DNA of 62,617 nucleotides, filler included, from Asterionella formosa (taxonomy: Eukaryota): NCBI GenBank assembly GCA_002256025.1. It is 6 parts of 6 records of this genome, joined end to end, with 100 filler letters (N's around TTAATTAATTAA, not from the genome) between each part and the next. Parts side by side here need not be neighbours in the genome. Positions count along the whole stretch, not along the records: positions 52,289 to 62,617 come from NKIB01009615.1; 5 more parts are not named here. One strand, given 5' to 3'. Positions 60,770 through 62,617 of the stretch are shown piece after piece. Under the pieces are notes generated by a model that was given only the letters and a program-made list of their open reading frames with translations, did no database searches and was not told the origin of the DNA. Positions within the stretch are counted from its first letter, which is position 1. Each line of letters begins with the position of its first letter. The position numbers were made by a program, and so were the translations under genes.

Positions 60770-61566
60770 TGATTGCGTGCGAATTTGTATCGCCCGTAGA
60801 GTCAAAGGAATTCATTTCATTTATAAATTACCAATATCTCTATTAACAAACAAACGCTAAAAACCGATAGCATGGCCTCCTACCCAGTAAGAATGTTGCC
60901 GATGAACATATGTATAGTAATAGGAAATGTCCCCGATCCTTTGCCTTAGTACCTAGCTCGCTCCACGTGTTGGCAGTTTGTTGATGGGTAGATCTGACAG
61001 ACGTGATGTAACACAAGATTTTACAAATTTTGAGGCAGCTGTGAGCTTTAGTATGAGTCAGACCAGTATGAAGAAAGTGCTAAAGGGAAGGTTATTAAGT
61101 GAAGGGATATCAAACAATATGACGGCAGTGTTGATAATGCTAAGGCATTTATGAGTGTTAACAGCTCCGGTGGTAAAGTTACCTGGTAGTATCAGGAGCT
61201 TTAGATACTGTGTGAACATGTACAAGGTAGTTGCTCTGATCATTGCAACCCTCGGATCAGACAATCCCAAAACAGGATATTTACCTTGTCTGGATGTTGC
61301 GATAACTGCAAGCCGGAGAATTAGTTAGCCTTCAAAAATATTCTATAGTGTACACCACAGTACCACTCTATTAATTTTGGTATACGTGTATGACCTTTCG
61401 ATGAAGTCTTGATGGTGCGAGTCCAAAAATGATACTCGATGTTGGCTGGTCCAAAAACCAGAGAAGATTAGGCGACGAGAGAATACATACCACAACAAAC
61501 GAGTTTCCAAGAATGTGCCAATACCATCATGTGTAGATACATGGTGTATAACTATGTATAGATCGT

Positions 61567-62544
61567 TTACTTCTTTCCATTTTTAGTTTTCCAAATTCCC
61601 AATTCGTAACAAAGTCGAACACAAATCATATCTCGTAACATTCCCAAACTCGCCAATGCCAAATGCATTTTGCTTGTGTCCAATTTACTTCCTTCCACTT
61701 CCTCCCATGTGACACTAACTTCCTTTATATCATAATTCAATTGCTGTGCGACAATGACCAATTCAATATCAAAGGCCCATCGTTTCAGATGCAACGGTGA
61801 GAATAAGTCGTTTGCCGCTTGTGCTGTAAATAATTTAAATCCACATTGAGTATCTTTGACACGCGAGGAGCACAAGACGTGAACAAAGAAATGAAAGACA
61901 TGCATCAATATTGAACGTATCATGGTCCGCTGAATCGGATTAAGTAATTCGTTTTGTGCACGTGATCCAAAGACAATATAATGCTCATGCTCCTCTTCCA
62001 AGAGGAGTAACAATCCCTTCATGTCCGTTGCTCCATCAGCATCTACCATCAATCTCATAGCACCAGACGCCTTCAACATTCCTTGTTTTACGGCATATCC
62101 TTTTCCTGAGTTTTGATGCAATGTCAGTAATTTCCAAACATCCTTCGAAGTTTTAGCATATTCCCGAACGACTGAGTCTGTCTTATCAGTACTTCCGTCA
62201 CTAACAATGATCCATTCCACGACTGTCGCTTTGCTGTTGTTGGTGCGCTGTTGACAGTGAGTAATGAGTTTTCCCCTGTTCTCCTTAAGAAATGCCAATG
62301 TAGCATCCAACATTTTCGGCAATCGTTCTTCTTCATTGTATGCTGGAATGACAAACGAGAATAAAACGTCCGCGTCACCTGATTGAATTGTTGTTTCAGG
62401 GGAAACCACTTCGACATCAACACCGACATCGTCTTGCCATTTCATGGAAATTGCTGGATAGAAGACGTAGAATAAACATGGCGGTAGGAGAATCACAAGC
62501 AGAGCCGTCCATACTTCTGGTGCCAACCAGAACATGATGGTCAT
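61567..62544 (-). CDS. ALG5: Dolichyl-phosphate beta-glucosyltransferase (GT2)
   Basis: N-terminal transmembrane helix; SFVIPAYNEEERLPKMLD, DGSTDKT, NSGKGYAV, LMVDADGAT, FGSRA, DTQCGFKLF, RWAFDIEL and WEEVEGSKL. Confidence 0.95.
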   Translation of the reverse strand: MTIMFWLAPEVWTALLVILLPPCLFYVFYPAISMKWQDDVGVDVEVVSPETTIQSGDADVLFSFVIPAYNEEERLPKMLDATLAFLKENRGKLITHCQQRTNNSKATVVEWIIVSDGSTDKTDSVVREYAKTSKDVWKLLTLHQNSGKGYAVKQGMLKASGAMRLMVDADGATDMKGLLLLLEEEHEHYIVFGSRAQNELLNPIQRTMIRSILMHVFHFFVHVLCSSRVKDTQCGFKLFTAQAANDLFSPLHLKRWAFDIELVIVAQQLNYDIKEVSVTWEEVEGSKLDTSKMHLALASLGMLRDMICVRLCYELGIWKTKNGKK

Positions 62545-62617
62545 TGTGATATGTTGGTTGGAATGATTTATTTGTTTTATAATTTTTAGATTTGATTGAT
62601 CCTTTGGCTGATATATA

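Noticed and set aside
26590..62544. Glycosylation gene cluster (DPM3, GH30, GT77-like, ALG5)
   Set aside because: The genes lie on three artificially joined contigs; only the GT77-like gene and ALG5 share one.

Overview
This is eukaryotic nuclear DNA, most likely from a diatom, judged by a diatom-type cyclin, a bipartite plastid-targeting signal with a twin-arginine lumen motif, and a short GT-AG intron. It is not one locus. Five identical 100-nt linkers (N44-TTAATTAATTAA-N44) join six pieces of 10368, 10368, 10360, 10347, 10345 and 10329 nt, which looks like unplaced contigs sorted by length. Recognisable host genes: an ankyrin-repeat protein, a cyclin, a TRM2A-like tRNA methyltransferase, DPM3, an armadillo (ARM) repeat protein, an intron-containing GH30 glucosylceramidase with a ricin-B-like insert, a thylakoid cyclophilin-like protein, a nucleotide-diphospho-sugar transferase and ALG5. 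Much of the rest is transposon-derived: a decayed Ty3/Gypsy pol with four related LTRs, a Stowaway-like MITE, mariner and Plavaka transposase relics, and several non-autonomous repeat families. The most unusual signal is at the end of a ~2.1-kb repeat family with four copies or fragments. It ends in a ~160-nt symmetric hairpin (7450-7608) punctuated by five evenly spaced CGAG/CGAG motifs on the minus strand, which could form tandem sheared G.A pairs. One copy has lost all ten of these CpGs. All family assignments come from motifs read by eye; no database search was run.
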